From Bugula neritina (lineage: Eukaryota > Animalia > Bryozoa), in contig OZ037769.1 of assembly GCA_964035545.1 (NCBI GenBank), positions 11,314,633 through 11,378,632 of the forward strand: DNA of 64,000 bases, written 5' to 3'. The notes under the pieces are model-generated. The model was not told the origin of the DNA and ran no database searches. It saw only the letters and a list, made by a program, of their open reading frames with translations. A program made the position numbers and the translations under genes. Of this stretch, positions 13,196 through 26,724 are shown piece by piece. Every line of letters begins with the position of its first letter. The stretch's first letter is position 1.

Positions 13196-16100
13196 ATGGG
13201 TGGCTCAAAGAAAAAAATTGGAAAGGCTCGGAGAGACAAGTTCTACCATCTTGCTAAAGAAACTGGTAAGCTACTGCTAGAGTAGACTGTTGCATGTCTA
13301 CAACTATTGCTATTACTCTAACTGAAGTCAAACCTATTCTTAGTATTAGTGTAACATAACTATAAACCTATAAATATAACTATAACAGAACTTTTACCAA
13401 GTTATCAACTATATTTTTAGTTTGTGTTAGCTATTCAGCATAACCATAAGTACCTTAAAAGCAAGTAATTATTATTACCTTTGCTTTAAATCAAAGTTCT
13501 GGAACTACCATTAAGTTGAACTACCATTAACTTTGACATAAAAATTTGATTGGCTAAAATGAAACAATGAATGTAATCATAAAATAAGCCTTTGCTTTTT
13601 AGCAGGAATACTATGTCTGGACAATTTGCTCGTTGAAACTAATCTTGCTCATTTATATTTAAGTTATTTAGTATTTCATTGAAAATTTTTATTTAGTCTA
13701 CCTAAAGAGTTAAGTGATGCTATCAAAATGAATCAGCATTTGTTTTATTCTATAAACAGGATATCGAGCAAGATCTGCTTTCAAGTTGATTCAACTCAAC
13801 AGGAAGTATGGGTTTCTTGAGAAGTCGCGGGTATGCATTGACTTGTGTGCGGCACCAGGTGGTTGGTGTCAGGTGGCAGCCAATCATATGCCAGTATCTA
13901 GCGTCATTGTTGGTAAGTACTTGTACTTTACAACGTTGTTAAGTTTGTATTCAGCCTGTTACCAGTTGTGCAGACAACTCTTTAAAATTTAATGTAGACT
14001 TGATTCTAAAGATAAAGTTTGTATTGATGACTAAAAATAACTAAAGCTATTGTATGTGTTGTCAATCATAAACTATTGTGTTGCATCGAGTGTCAATCTT
14101 CAGTACAAGATTTTCCCAATATTTGGCAAAAGCTGCCTTAAATTTTTGTCATTTCAATTCATATCAGTTACTAGAATTTCGTAAAGTTATTTATTTAGAT
14201 TTCTGTGCGTATGTAATGGGATGGATGTTTGTACAGTTTGCAATGGAATACAAAATAATTAAACTGCTTGTGGTTTCTTGCAAGTTACTGCTGCAGCCAA
14301 CGACTAAGTTGCAGATAATACATGGTTTTGCTTGCAGGAGTGGATTTGGTACCTATCAAGCCAATTCCTAAAGTAATGACACTGGTTGATGACATAACAT
14401 CAGATAAATGTCGCTCTGACCTGAAGAAGGAGTTGAAAGACTCTAAGGCTGATGTGGTGTTGAATGATGGAGCTCCAAATGTCGGCCAGAACTGGCTACA
14501 GGATGCCTTCTCCCAAGGTTTGTTAGTACCAGTTCTGGAGGTGTATAGCCTCAGCATACAAGCACCGGCGACTATTAGATTGGGAGGTGGAACGGTCTCG
14601 CCGTACAATATACGTGTTATGTGTTGTAGCTGGCCTTACTCTCCATGCTCTGAAACTGGCCTCTGAATTTCTCCGCAAAGGTGGTTGGTTTGTCACCAAA
14701 GTGTTCCGGTCTCAAGACTATCACGCTCTGTTGTGGGTGTTCAGACAGCTGTTCCACAAGGTACGGCCCTGTCTCTACTCTTGCTTCTGCACTTCTTAAG
14801 CTAAAATATCAAATATCTATGACTTGAAACAGCGTTTTTTAGATGGTGAATTTTTATTGAGATGTATCTGGTATTTGAGATTATCACATACATTTATTGG
14901 CATTCAGTAAACATGGATTTAAAATTTAAATGCATATTACTTCTTTTGCTGTTGTCTCGAGTTTACCAATGTAGATTATATGGATGCATGTAATTTTCTA
15001 TCTATGAAAACTGTTAATCCATGATGTCAATTTGTATTAGCTACAGTCATTGTCAAGTCATAAATATTTGACTTGAATTTCTCTGTCTTAGCTTTTGGCT
15101 GACTTGACTGATCAGCTCTGCCTTACGCTTAATAAGGAGGTTGTTTTGACACGTTTCCACAGGTGCACTCTACTAAGCCTCAGGCATCAAGAAGTGAGTC
15201 CGCAGAGATATTTGTGGTCTGTCAGGGATATGTAGCCCCCGACAAACTAGACCCTAAATTTCTGGATCCTAAGGCTGTGTTTAAGGATGTAAATGATGAA
15301 CCTGAAAATAGATTGAATTTACTACAACCCGCATCTAAAAAGAAAAAGTTTGTAGATTGAATTTTGTAATTCTTATTTTGTTTTTAACTGTCCACTTTTG
15401 TGATTTGTCTTCTCTGGGATCTCTTTCAAATCAAAGTTGATGTATTCAGAGCATGTCTGCGAGCTTCATTACAAATATTTCTGTATGCAGTAGCTTTACC
15501 ATCTTCCTTAACTTTAAATCAAATCGATTAAATACTTACAATTTAGACGATTTTCGTAGGAATAATAATTAATTTATATTCAGCTCTCTTCTGTGTATAT
15601 TTATTTATCCTTTTCAAGTTCTACTTATAGATAATCTGAGCGAATGTGTTTGTACCAGTATAAATATCTTTCATTTGTTATCCAATAGGATCATTTATGT
15701 CTCTAAATTCTGTAGAAAGGCGGAAGGGTACAAGGAGGGTGACTACACTCAACACACTAAACTCTCGGTTACTGACTTTATTAATGATCCAAAGTACATG
15801 GATAGACTTGCTTTGGCCAGTGAGGTAAGATATTTATTCCATGCAGTTTATAAACGTGCCGTTGTGTTTAGATAGGATGCTGTTAGCCACTTTGACTGTA
15901 CTTTGTGTCTATTGATGTAGCTTGTGGTTGATAAAGAGGAGTACAAGAAACACTCTTCCACCACTCCTGAGATCCTTGAGTGCTGCAAGGATATCAAGAT
16001 TCTAGGCAAAGCAGATATCAAGTAATATTATGACACATTGTCATATAATATGTTATATAGTCATATATCATATTATGAAGTCATATCATATAATATAGTC

Positions 16101-17308
16101 ATATTATATAATTATCATATAATGCAGGTATAAATAATATTTATGTATCATGTTATGTGATAATAGGTAATATTATATAGTAATAATATAGTCATATATC
16201 ATGTTATATAGGCATATATCATATAATATAGTCGTATAGTTTATCATATAGTCATATATCTAGCTAATATTGCATAGTTACTTAAAAAATAGACAATAGC
16301 AGTAATTTTTAGGCTTCTTTCTGCGTCTTTGTATTTTTTTATTACATGAGCTTGTGTAAAATAGCGAATCAGTATAAAACTGGGTATGAACTATAGACGC
16401 TTGCTCTGCAGCAATGTGTTTATATTATTGTTGCAAGGTACCGGTACAATATTATATAGTTGAAGCTTTTTAACATTTCCCAAAACCCTAACTGCTACAT
16501 GTGTTTCTCCCCAACCTCACTATCACATTCCTGGTGAATCTAGGCTACTTATATACTGGAGAAAGCAGTTGGCTAAGACTTTGAAAGAGTTGGAATCAGC
16601 TGAAACAGGCGAACAGGAAGTTGAAGGGGAGGAGTCTGGTGAGAAGAAGGCGGAGTCTGAGCAAGAGGAAGATGAGATAGACAATGAAGTTTCCAGACTT
16701 CGGGCAGAAATAGAGCAAGATGCTAAGAGGTGTGTCTAATAGATTGAAACATTGTTTTAGCTGCAAAATATGTTTGAACATATTAAACAGTGCTTGCTTG
16801 TATCCTATAAAGTGAAATCACATTTTCAAAACTTGACGGAGGCTGGTTTTATTTTTCAACAACTTAATTTGTTTTGTGAGTATATGTAGTAATTGGGCAG
16901 TAGAAGAGGGCCAGATTTCTTACTTTTCAATTTTGAATTGCGAAAAGTTGCATATCATTTCAGTTTTTTATTTTATGTTTTGTGTAGGTTTTATTTTATT
17001 TGTTTGCTTGAAGGAAAAAGAAAAAGGCCGGAAAAGTAAAAGCTAAACTCCGAGAAAAGATGAGACTGAATATCATCAGACCAGGTGATAGGATTGAGCA
17101 GCAAGATGACGAAAGTCTGTTTGACCTGAAGAGGATGAAAACGAAGGTGAGGGAATTACTACTTGTAAAAATGTACTGTTTACAGCAGTAGTAGCTAGTA
17201 GTAGCAGTCACAATAGTATCAGTTATAGTAGTAGCAGCCATTAGTAACAGTTGTGGTCGAGTTTACTACTAAACATACTAGTTCATATTTATATTAGTAG
17301 TGGTGGTC

Positions 17309-17405
<97 letters not shown>

Positions 17406-17426
17406 CAGTAGTAGCATTAGTAGCAT

Positions 17427-17465
<39 letters not shown>

Positions 17466-20400
17466 CAGCAGTAGTAGTAGTAGTAGCAGTAGCAGCAGTA
17501 GTAGTAGCAGCAGCAGCAGCAGTAGCAGTAGTAGTAGTAGAAGTAGTAGTAAAAATGGTAGTGGTGGTAGTAAAAGTAGTGGTAGTGACTCATTAGAACA
17601 CCAGTGTGCTGGGTTATGTTCATGTACTGCTAACAACTACCTCTGATGGTTATACTGACAGTGAAGTTATCTTCACCAACTCTCCTGTAGGATCACCTGG
17701 ACCGCGTGGAGTCGTTCGCTGTGGATGGAGCAGAACCAGAGCTGGAGTGGGAAAGTGACGATAGTGAGTCCGATGGCGGGAGGAAGAGAAACGTTATGTA
17801 TGACAGGACTGAGGGGAATGTAGACGCATGGAGTGATGACGAAGTGGAGGAAGGGGAGAGTGATGTTGATATGAATGATGTTAGGTGAGAACTTCTATTC
17901 TAAATATTCATGGCTTGTGGGCCTCAACTATAGTGTCATAAAACCTTGTAGACAATATTTTTCCGTCTCGATTAAATGCGTTTTTTCCCTTCACTTTAGT
18001 CCAAACTTGAAATTTAACAAAATCCGGAACGAAATAATATCCGCATACACTCACAGCATTTGTTAGAGATAATCTCCACCTGTATAGTATCTATTACACT
18101 GTATACCGTGCAGTGCACCAGAAGGCAGCGACAGCGATCATGAAGAACAGGAAGGTGCTGTGTCTAACCCCCTCCTGGCTGACCTTGACACTAGCGAGGA
18201 GCATCTGTCTAAACAAGCTAAGCTTTGGTTCAAGCGGGTTTGTTTGTTATGATTACTAAACAGGCAATACTAGCTACTAATCTAGTTTTAAGTTAGTTTA
18301 GAAGGTAAGCATATATATACCTACATTATATTATGGTAAAAGTTGTTATATTACCTAAGTTAGTCTCACTGGCTCTATAAAATACACATTTTATTTACTG
18401 TAAATCCGGTCAAGGGATAAAGTTTCACCAAATTATACTACTTGTCTGGTTAGAGGTATTATACTGATTGCCTTCCCATAGTGATAGTTAAAAGACTATT
18501 CTGTCAATTACCAATGTTAATGAGGCATATACTTTGTTGTTACAGGAGGCATTTGAGGGGGTGAATCTTGATGCGGATGAGGACTACGACGTGGATCAAA
18601 TGATAACTCAGTATCAACAGAAAGGGGGCAAAGTGCGAGGTGTGTTCTTCATATCTCTTAACTCTATACCTATCTATTAATATGATATACATGATCTTTC
18701 ACTCTATGTCTATATACATACACTTCATCTTTCATTCTACCTCTCTTTATATAATGATCATATTAAAAAAAAATCACCAGTCACATCTTCAAAAAGCTGA
18801 GTTACCTGTCTAAATATAGATATTAAAATTAAAATCGCTTCCTAGTTGAACAATAAAATGATGTAAACAAAAAGTAAAAACATTGTAGTTTATGAAAGAT
18901 TGGTCCAGTGCAAATCCTACCAATGCAAATTGATCTTAGTCGAGAATATGATAATTTGGGATTTGTCAATAAAAATGAGCAGTTTTTGCTGAAATCAGCG
19001 ATTAGTGTTATTTTATTTCTCTACTTCCTTGCTCTGTATAATTATTTCCTACTATGCCGACAGATTATTTGGCTGCAACATTGCGTGCAGTCCCCTTGTT
19101 TTAAAGTAACACTTCTTATGACCCAGAACTCATTTATTTATTCTAATATTTATGCAATATCAATTATATATAAAAGGGAGCAGCCGTGGTCTAGGGGTTA
19201 GAGTGTTTGCGTAGTAAACAGGAAGTCATAGGTTTGAGCCCAGACAAAACCCATTGGTGATGTTAGGAAGAGCATCCAGTCATAACTGCTGCTGTGTTAC
19301 ATCTGAATAAGTCCTTAGCCCGCTTTAACAAAAACCCTTTCTATCAGGGGTTTCTCACAGGGATAGTGACTATAAACTTGCGTGAATTTTTTTTATTAAT
19401 TATATATAAAATTACCTAAATTGTATACTTTACACATTGTCAAAGGTGCAAAATCAGACGAAGACAACACTGAATTAGACAGTGATGTAGCTGTAAAGAA
19501 GAAGAATTCGAAACCAGCCAAACTGTCTGTGAGTAATCTGGCCTCTGATGGTCAATCCGATGATGAAGATTATGACGAAGAAGGCGAGGATGAAAACGAC
19601 AGCGATGAATCTGATTATGAACAACTGTATGATAGAAAGGTAAGTTTTTTTACTCATGCTCAATCAGTTGGTTTCAAATTTCTCCTAACCTAACTAATAA
19701 TAATTAATCATATATTTTGGTAGTTGCCAATAAATGACTCCAGGCTGTTGATATCTAAAAAAACTTGGTTGATTTCAGAGAGTGCTGAATAATTTGTGAC
19801 ATTGTTGCAGAAATATAAAAATGGTAAAGTGGTAGATGATGCTAATGGTGAGATGGAGGTTGTTAAAGCAGAAGAACCGGTTCCAAAATTGGATGCAGTC
19901 GGTCTTGCATTGGGTGCTAAATTGATATCTTCTAGAAAAGCAAGACGTCAGATGATTGATGACTCATTTAATAGGTATGAGTGACTCAACAGATATATGA
20001 TTCATATCAAATGTGGGTGACTCATAGTGAGTATTGGTGACTCATAGTAAGTATGAGTGACTTTTAGTGAGTATGGGTGACTCATGGTGAGTATGAGTGA
20101 CTCACAATGAGTATGGGCGACTCATAGTGGGTATGGGTAACTCACAATGAGTATGGGTGACTCATAGTGGGTATGGGTGACTCATTAAGAATGTGTAACT
20201 CATAGTGAATATGGGCAACTCATGAGAGTGAAATAATTATGCTGTAGTGTACTTTAGTACTTATCTGGTTGCTATTTTATACAAGTTAATATTTTTAGTA
20301 TATTTAATAATGTTGTGTTGGATTAAAAAGGGAAGTTTATAATAAACGCTTTGTTTTACAATTCTATAATAAAATTATGGAGAAAAAAGGTGAACTTGAG

Positions 20401-21698
20401 ACATTTTGTCTCCTGATGCCTAATGTTTCGCTAGTTTTAACTAGCTAGACATGAAGAAAATTTATACAATCTCACACTTGTTGATCTTCGAGTTAGTATG
20501 CTAGACCTTTGTGATTGTAAACTATATTTATCGTAGGGAATTGTCTCATCTTCCCATCATAGCACTAAAATCATGTCAAAATATGTGTTGGTGAATAAAT
20601 TTTATGAAATCTTAAAATGTATTTTATAGAAATAATTTTTAGCGCAGTTTTTTTGTAAATTGTGCACCATGCTTTGCCAGAAAAGATATTTATGTTGAGT
20701 TAATATGTACAATAAAACCTTATTTTATGATTGTCAATATTGATTATCATTTGAGTCTGGCAAAACTTGGTAGTGTGCTATTATCCTTTTATATACATGC
20801 TGTAAGTTATATTCCAATCAGAAAATCGAAACTTTATTTGAATCAACTTGGGCAGTCTTGTTGACAGGTACGCATTTCATGATGATAGCCTTCCTGATTG
20901 GTTTGAAAGAGATGAGAAAAGACACAACACCCGTCATATTCCAGTCACAAAAGCTGAAATTCAGGAATATAAAGAAAAGTTGAAAGCCATCAATGCCAGG
21001 CCTATTAAAAAGATAGCTGAGGCTAAAGGGAGGAAGAAACGAAAGGTTGATTTAATAATTACCTGATTAAGCTATAGCTTTAACTTTGTTGAAAAAAAAA
21101 TTATGACTATTTTTGTAATTTACTGTAATATGAATATTGAGCAAATAACTTGTTCAACTTCAGATGATGAAAAGGTTAGAAAAAGCTCGAAAAAAAGCAG
21201 AGTCGCTGGAGGGCACTGATGGTGATGGTGTGTCAGAAAAAGAGAAATGGCAGCAAATAAAAAGGTAGGGTCGTAATGTCAACTTGTCAATTCAATTCTG
21301 TAAATTGCATAACATGTCAACATGCTTAATTAATTCATATTTTATGAATATTGCTAATTAATATAAATGAGGTGAAGCTAAGAATCACAAGTAATCCTTA
21401 TTTCTTCATTATAGTTTAGTAATAATCTATGATTTATTTGGTGCTATCTTCTTATCCAAATGTTCTCTTTTTAGTATATATAAAAAGGCAACAAGACAGA
21501 AAAAGGTTGATACAACGTATGTGGTGGCAAAAAAAGGTGCTGGCAAAAAGGTTTCACGGCCATCGGGTGTTAAAGGTCGTTTCAAGGTTGTAGATCCTCG
21601 TCTTAAAAAAGACAATAGACATGCAAAAAGTAATAATAAAAAGGGCAAGGGAAGTAAACCTCAACGAGGAAAACAGACGAAAGGCAAAAAAAGATAAC
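13196..21698 (+). CDS. FTSJ3: pre-rRNA 2'-O-ribose methyltransferase FTSJ3/SPB1, ~17 exons
   Basis: [24 protein letters not shown]|[60 protein letters not shown], and the Spb1 C-terminus ([37 protein letters not shown]). Stop TAA at 21696-21698. Confidence 0.96.
17296..17586. repeat. (AGT/AGC)n microsatellite in an FTSJ3 intron
   Basis: Direct reading. Confidence 0.97.
19176..19397 (+). mobile_element. tRNA-derived SINE in an FTSJ3 intron
   Basis: A box TGGTCTAGGGG, degenerate B box GGTTTGAGCCC, T-rich tail, and 14-bp TSD AATTATATATAAAA (19162-19175, 19398-19411). Confidence 0.85.
19976..20230. repeat. 20-bp minisatellite (GTGAGTATGGGTGACTCATA)n
   Basis: About 11 degenerate units starting at an FTSJ3 splice donor. 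Confidence 0.88.
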
Positions 21699-22114
21699 TG
21701 GAACTTCGGGCACTTGAATAAATTATATGTATATACCCTTGCTTACATATTGGACTCAGTTATAAACACCTATTGCCGATACCTGATGTAATATATGCTA
21801 TAATTTTAAAATACATTTCAATAAATTTTTGACATTCAAGTAAATTTTTATTATGAATTTATAAAATTTTCTGGTATCGTTTACACGTGAAACTATTCCA
21901 TGCAATGATTTATTTTAAAATGAAATAAACAAAGAAGAAATTTTCAATACATCGACATAGTAAATGCACATTTAGGAGCTTACTGGCTTAAACCAACTGT
22001 CAATACTAAAATATAAAAAGGTTCAAGAGAAACTCAAATTTATAATGGCATTATTAATTACTTAGTCTATGTACATTAATATAAATATATACAATTCAAT
22101 AAAATTATTGTATG

Positions 22115-23742
22115 CTATCGAAAGGCTATCATTGGTACATCATATATAGTAGGAGGGAATCCACTCTGGAGCTGCTCTTGAATTATAGTTAAACCAGCAG
22201 CTGCTATAACCGACTTCATTTCATTTAGGGACCTGCGATTCAGGTCAACATATTAATAACTGGTACAATACATACTATAACAGTGATGTCAACATACTAG
22301 TACAGTGGTATCAACATAGTAGCATAATGACTTTGCTAGAGTAGACAGAACTGACAGTGGAAGAATGCATGCTCTACAGAATAACAATCATGGATGGCAA
22401 AAGTTATCAAATACGATCGCTTAGTGCTTGTAGAAATGTAATTATGTAGAATATGTGTGTTGTAGAGATTGTAGAAAGAAGTGATTGTTGAGATGTAGAA
22501 ATATAAATATCATGTACTTTTAGCCTACTGAAGTGAGCGAGTATGGAGAATCTTACTTGATAATTCATCATTTTATTCTAGTTTAATGGTTCATCAAAAT
22601 AATTAGGTTAAAACATTGAAATAATAGACATTTAATCACTACTAGTTGACGGAGCATTTATACAGTAAATTACATCAACTTATTTCAGCCACCTGAATAT
22701 CTTACCTGGTCATACTGCTATCATCATGATCAAAACTTCTGGTATTGGCAACATTATCTTTTATGCATATAATGCCATTTTCATTCAAATGCATTTGACA
22801 TCTTTTTAAAAACTCCGCCAAATGCTTGTCAGTCAAATGACCTACAACCTGTAAAAAAATTATAATGCATCGAATACAAACAATAATTATACTCTAAATC
22901 TTAAACCATTAATAGATATGTCGCAGAGATTTTTCAAATTCAACTTTCGGCATTTAATTTTCAAGTAATTATATTTTAGTTTAATCTTACCCATTGACAC
23001 CAGACTACATCATATCTTCGTGTGGGTGTAAAGTCTTGCATCCCACAACAAATATATTCACCAATTCTTCCTCTTTCTGCCCCTAGCAATATTAATATTT
23101 CACTGAAGTAGAAAGCTTACAATAGTCATAAGGGAAAAGAGAACTGCATCTAAATACTAAATCATTTACCAAAATTTACCAAAAACATCTCGTATATTGC
23201 TAAATTTATGTCAATCTTAAAACAAAATTTTACATGCCATTTCTGATATTTGTTTGATATGCATGAATATTATGTGCAACATACTTTAACAAACAAAATT
23301 TTCACGTACAGTAAAGTTAAAGTTAGAGTTAAACTTAAAGTAGTTAAACTTAATGTCAATGTCATGGCAATCATAATGATAATGATTGAATTTAATGAGC
23401 TTAATTTAATTGTAATTTTTCACCTATATAATTTGGAGCTTCGTCGAGAAACTTCTGATTTACTTCCAACATATCAACAGTATCAAACAGTGGGAGTAGG
23501 AGGTTTTTTGTTACTCTACCAATACCAGCGCCACAATCTAGTGCTCTGCATCTTCCAATCTTTTCACTATTCATTAAAGTTTTCAAGAACTTTGAAGAGC
23601 CGTTTACATCTGTTGTAGTTATATATGAAAACCCTCCAAGCATGCCATCAACGGTTGGTGGAACATTAGACCAGTATGACAGTGCATCTTGGTAAAACTT
23701 GTGTTTTGTGTCGACATGTTCTAATTCTACATGCTTTTCCAT
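22115..23742 (-). CDS. NTMT1: N-terminal Xaa-Pro-Lys N-methyltransferase 1, 4 coding exons
   Basis: FYQDALSYWSNVPPTVDGMLGGF, ALDCGAGIGRVTKNLLLPLF, YDVVWCQWVVGHLTD, IKDN, DSSMTR. Exons ~23424-23742, 22992-23082, 22706-22848, 22115-22232. Confidence 0.95.
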
Positions 23743-24028
23743 CTTGAGGAGAGCGAGTAATTGATAGACTGAGTACCAAAAGTTAAATTTGTATATGTTT
23801 ACGTTGCACCCTATGGTACCGCTATCAAATATATTAAATCTGCAGAGGTGCGTCTATTTTATTGCCTTGACCTTACCTTTTTCACTTCTTCAGATTCGCT
23901 AGAGTCTAGATTCTACGAAGAAGTTCAGAGTTATTCCCTCTATCTCTAAAAACTCCTATCAGTTTTCAATGGACCAACCTTATTAATTATTATAGTAATA
24001 TACAATGTAAATATTTATAAATCGTAAT

Positions 24029-25840
24029 CAGGGATGTAGTGGTACCCATACGGTCCCATACGCCGTATGGCCTAGAAGAAAATAGACTGTTCTAGGCCAT
24101 ACGCCCGTATGGGCATATTTTTGAAAGATGATTAGTGCACAGGATATTTTGGGCATCCTCACTGAGAATATCATAAATTTCGCTAACAATCTAATTTAAG
24201 TTCTTGTTATGTTAATGCTATGTGGGTGGCATGCGTGTTGCCTACTTGTGATTGTTTAGCCTGAGATTACACTATGAATACTATGCAGCTATCAACATTG
24301 CATCTTCTTATCTCTACGTGTTCACTGAAGCGCGAAGTGCTGTGCATTGGTGATTACTAAGGAAAAAAATCTTACATTTTCAGTGTATAAATCACTAACT
24401 TGTAGAAAATCTATGAAGGCTATTGACAAGATTGAACAAAAAATTTACCATGCATAAATTTCTCAGGTTTCCGACAGTGTTTGTTCTATTCCAATACCAT
24501 GCTTTCCTGCTGAGATATTTGGCAGGGATTGAAAAATAAATTTTTCAGGTAAAATTGGCCAAAAATGGGTAGATTTTTGTCAATAACTTTGCAAAAAAAT
24601 ATTGAAAACTCAAAAAACAGGTGCTCTGAGGAACAGGAAGATCTAAAACATGGTTTTTAAATTTTAATTCTAGCACAATTAAGTGAGGTTTTATTTGGCA
24701 GGACTGAATTCTTATAATATACCAATAATGTGGCCTCAGCAAGGCAGTGACAGCTAGAAGGTGGCCCTTATCTATCATGTGTGAACTTGCATTTTGTCAA
24801 TAAGCAATGGAATTTGGAAAAAACCAACATGAAATCCAGAAATAAAATCAAAATGTCTTCAAGAAACAGTACCAGGTGTGTAGGAGAGGCTAATGAAAAT
24901 TTATCACTGAGGTCTACAGGTACTATATCTACATTTTGGTCAAAAACCTAGCATTATTGCATGTTAATTATCAATGCAATAAGGTTTTGCAAACTGTACA
25001 CCACCATAAGTAACCTTTTATGTTTGATTGTACTAACACCTGGCTTTACATTTAATCCTCTTCTAGGTTAACACATATTAAACCTGTCAAATTTGTTCTT
25101 TTGGGGTATATTTCCTTGATGTATCTAGTGGAAGCTCAGGGGTTTTATTTTAAAACCAAGTTAACATACTTTTCTTGGGTGTGCTTTATATTGTGTGTAA
25201 GGAGGTGTGGCGGTATCACCTTATGGATTAGACTAGTACTCTAATAAACTCCAAATAGGTTTTCAACCAATTTCTGCTTGCCAATGAGTTATCAACTCAA
25301 ATTGCTCTTTATAATTAACCAACACACATTTTCTGATTAGCAATCTTCCTCTGTTCTGATCTATTATTCTTTTTCTGTGCACAGCACTGTATTAGTTATT
25401 TAAAGTAATCAGGTTGCATTTGGAGAGCACTTGTTACCTGCCTCTATCCTTCCATCTTTTTGAGATATTCAGCAATTTTTCTGTACAGGTTGGACTTAGT
25501 CTCAGAATAAACCTAACTGCAGTTGAGTAAGACTACATTACATTACATTACAGTCAACAGGTATAGGACAAGACTGAATATTTATATAGTTTGCAGCAAT
25601 GCCCAGTCGTCATGTAGCTGGTATGGTATGAAAATAATAGCGAGGTGCACATTTCAACACAGATTTTTTTCAGAAGAATTATAATTCTCAATGGCTTTAA
25701 ATTGCATAAATTTGCATCAGAAGTGCTCTGAGGGCTTCGGTGGCTGGGGCGCTGCCCCGGGCCCCGCCGGGGGCCTGGGCGGCCCCCTGGACCCCCGGCC
25801 TAAGAGTATGGCCAAGAATATTTTTACCACTACAACCCTG
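24029..25840. mobile_element. Non-autonomous hAT-superfamily DNA transposon (1812 bp)
   Basis: 16-bp TIRs CAGGG(A/T)TGTAGTGGTA with one mismatch. Perfect 8-bp TSD ATCGTAAT (24021-24028, 25841-25848). Subterminal CCATACG/CGTATGG motifs. No transposase ORF. Confidence 0.9.
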
Positions 25841-26082
25841 ATCGTAATACAACGCTTTTCACATAAATATCGGAAGTCACAGATCGAAAAGTTTTGTTTA
25901 CTTAAGATGTACTAGTTGCTAGTGTTATGCAACTCGGATATTTTATAGATATATAATTTATATGCTGCTCCTCAAGTTACCATTTTTCATTATCAGTTGA
26001 AAATTTCTTTTTGAGCTCTATATAGTAAAATTACTATTTTTTATATTGGGACTGTGTTTTAGTTTGCTTGAGCCTTTACTAT

Positions 26083-26434
26083 TGTAGTAATTTGTGCAAT
26101 TACTGAGCGTGAGTTATTTACTTGCGTATAGTTAGCTGGTTATTCTGTTATCAATTACTAGGGTAGCTGTCGAGTAATTATATTTATTATCCACAATAAA
26201 GCATAAACCAAACATCACATCAAATTATCCTATACAAGAGTCAACTACTAACACATGTTACTACTACAAGCCTCCGCTTACAACAACGTGATATAATGTT
26301 AATAACCCGGGAAGTGTCACGTGACTCGGAAGCATATCTTCCGGAGCTGCTAATTGGTTGCTACATAAGAGTCTAAGTATTCCAAGAATAGGGAGAGGGC
26401 GATTCCTGTATTTGTACTTGCACTACTCACTACA
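26083..26434 (-). repeat. 3' LTR of element 1
   Basis: Direct repeat of 30995-31346, adjacent to the PPT. Confidence 0.96.
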
Positions 26435-26724
26435 CCGTCCCCCCCAGCAGAAAGCCCTACTTTCTGATAACACAATAAAAAAACATAATGAAAAACCATA
26501 CAATAATCCAAAAAGGAAATATTCATAAGTAAACCCACAAAGAGTAAGAAAAGAAATAGTTAAACACGACAACGTTTACATTAGAAGACAACAGGGTGAT
26601 CGATCACACACATCTAGTCAGCTATTAAGAGAGAGGGTGCTTACCAGCACGCGGGCCAATGTCGGAGCGCTCGTCACATCCTAAACGAGCTATAGCTCAA
26701 CGAAGGTGCCTACCCCAGGCATTC

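Noticed and set aside
14518-15162. Intronic snoRNAs in FTSJ3
   Set aside because: No convincing C/D or H/ACA box pair with a terminal stem could be identified by eye.
17251-17646. Poly-Ser/Val/Leu/Tyr ORFs
   Set aside because: Translation artefacts of an intronic (AGT)n microsatellite.
25691-25915. 74-aa Gly/Pro-rich ORF
   Set aside because: Spans the GC-rich hAT terminus and the insertion junction; not a gene.
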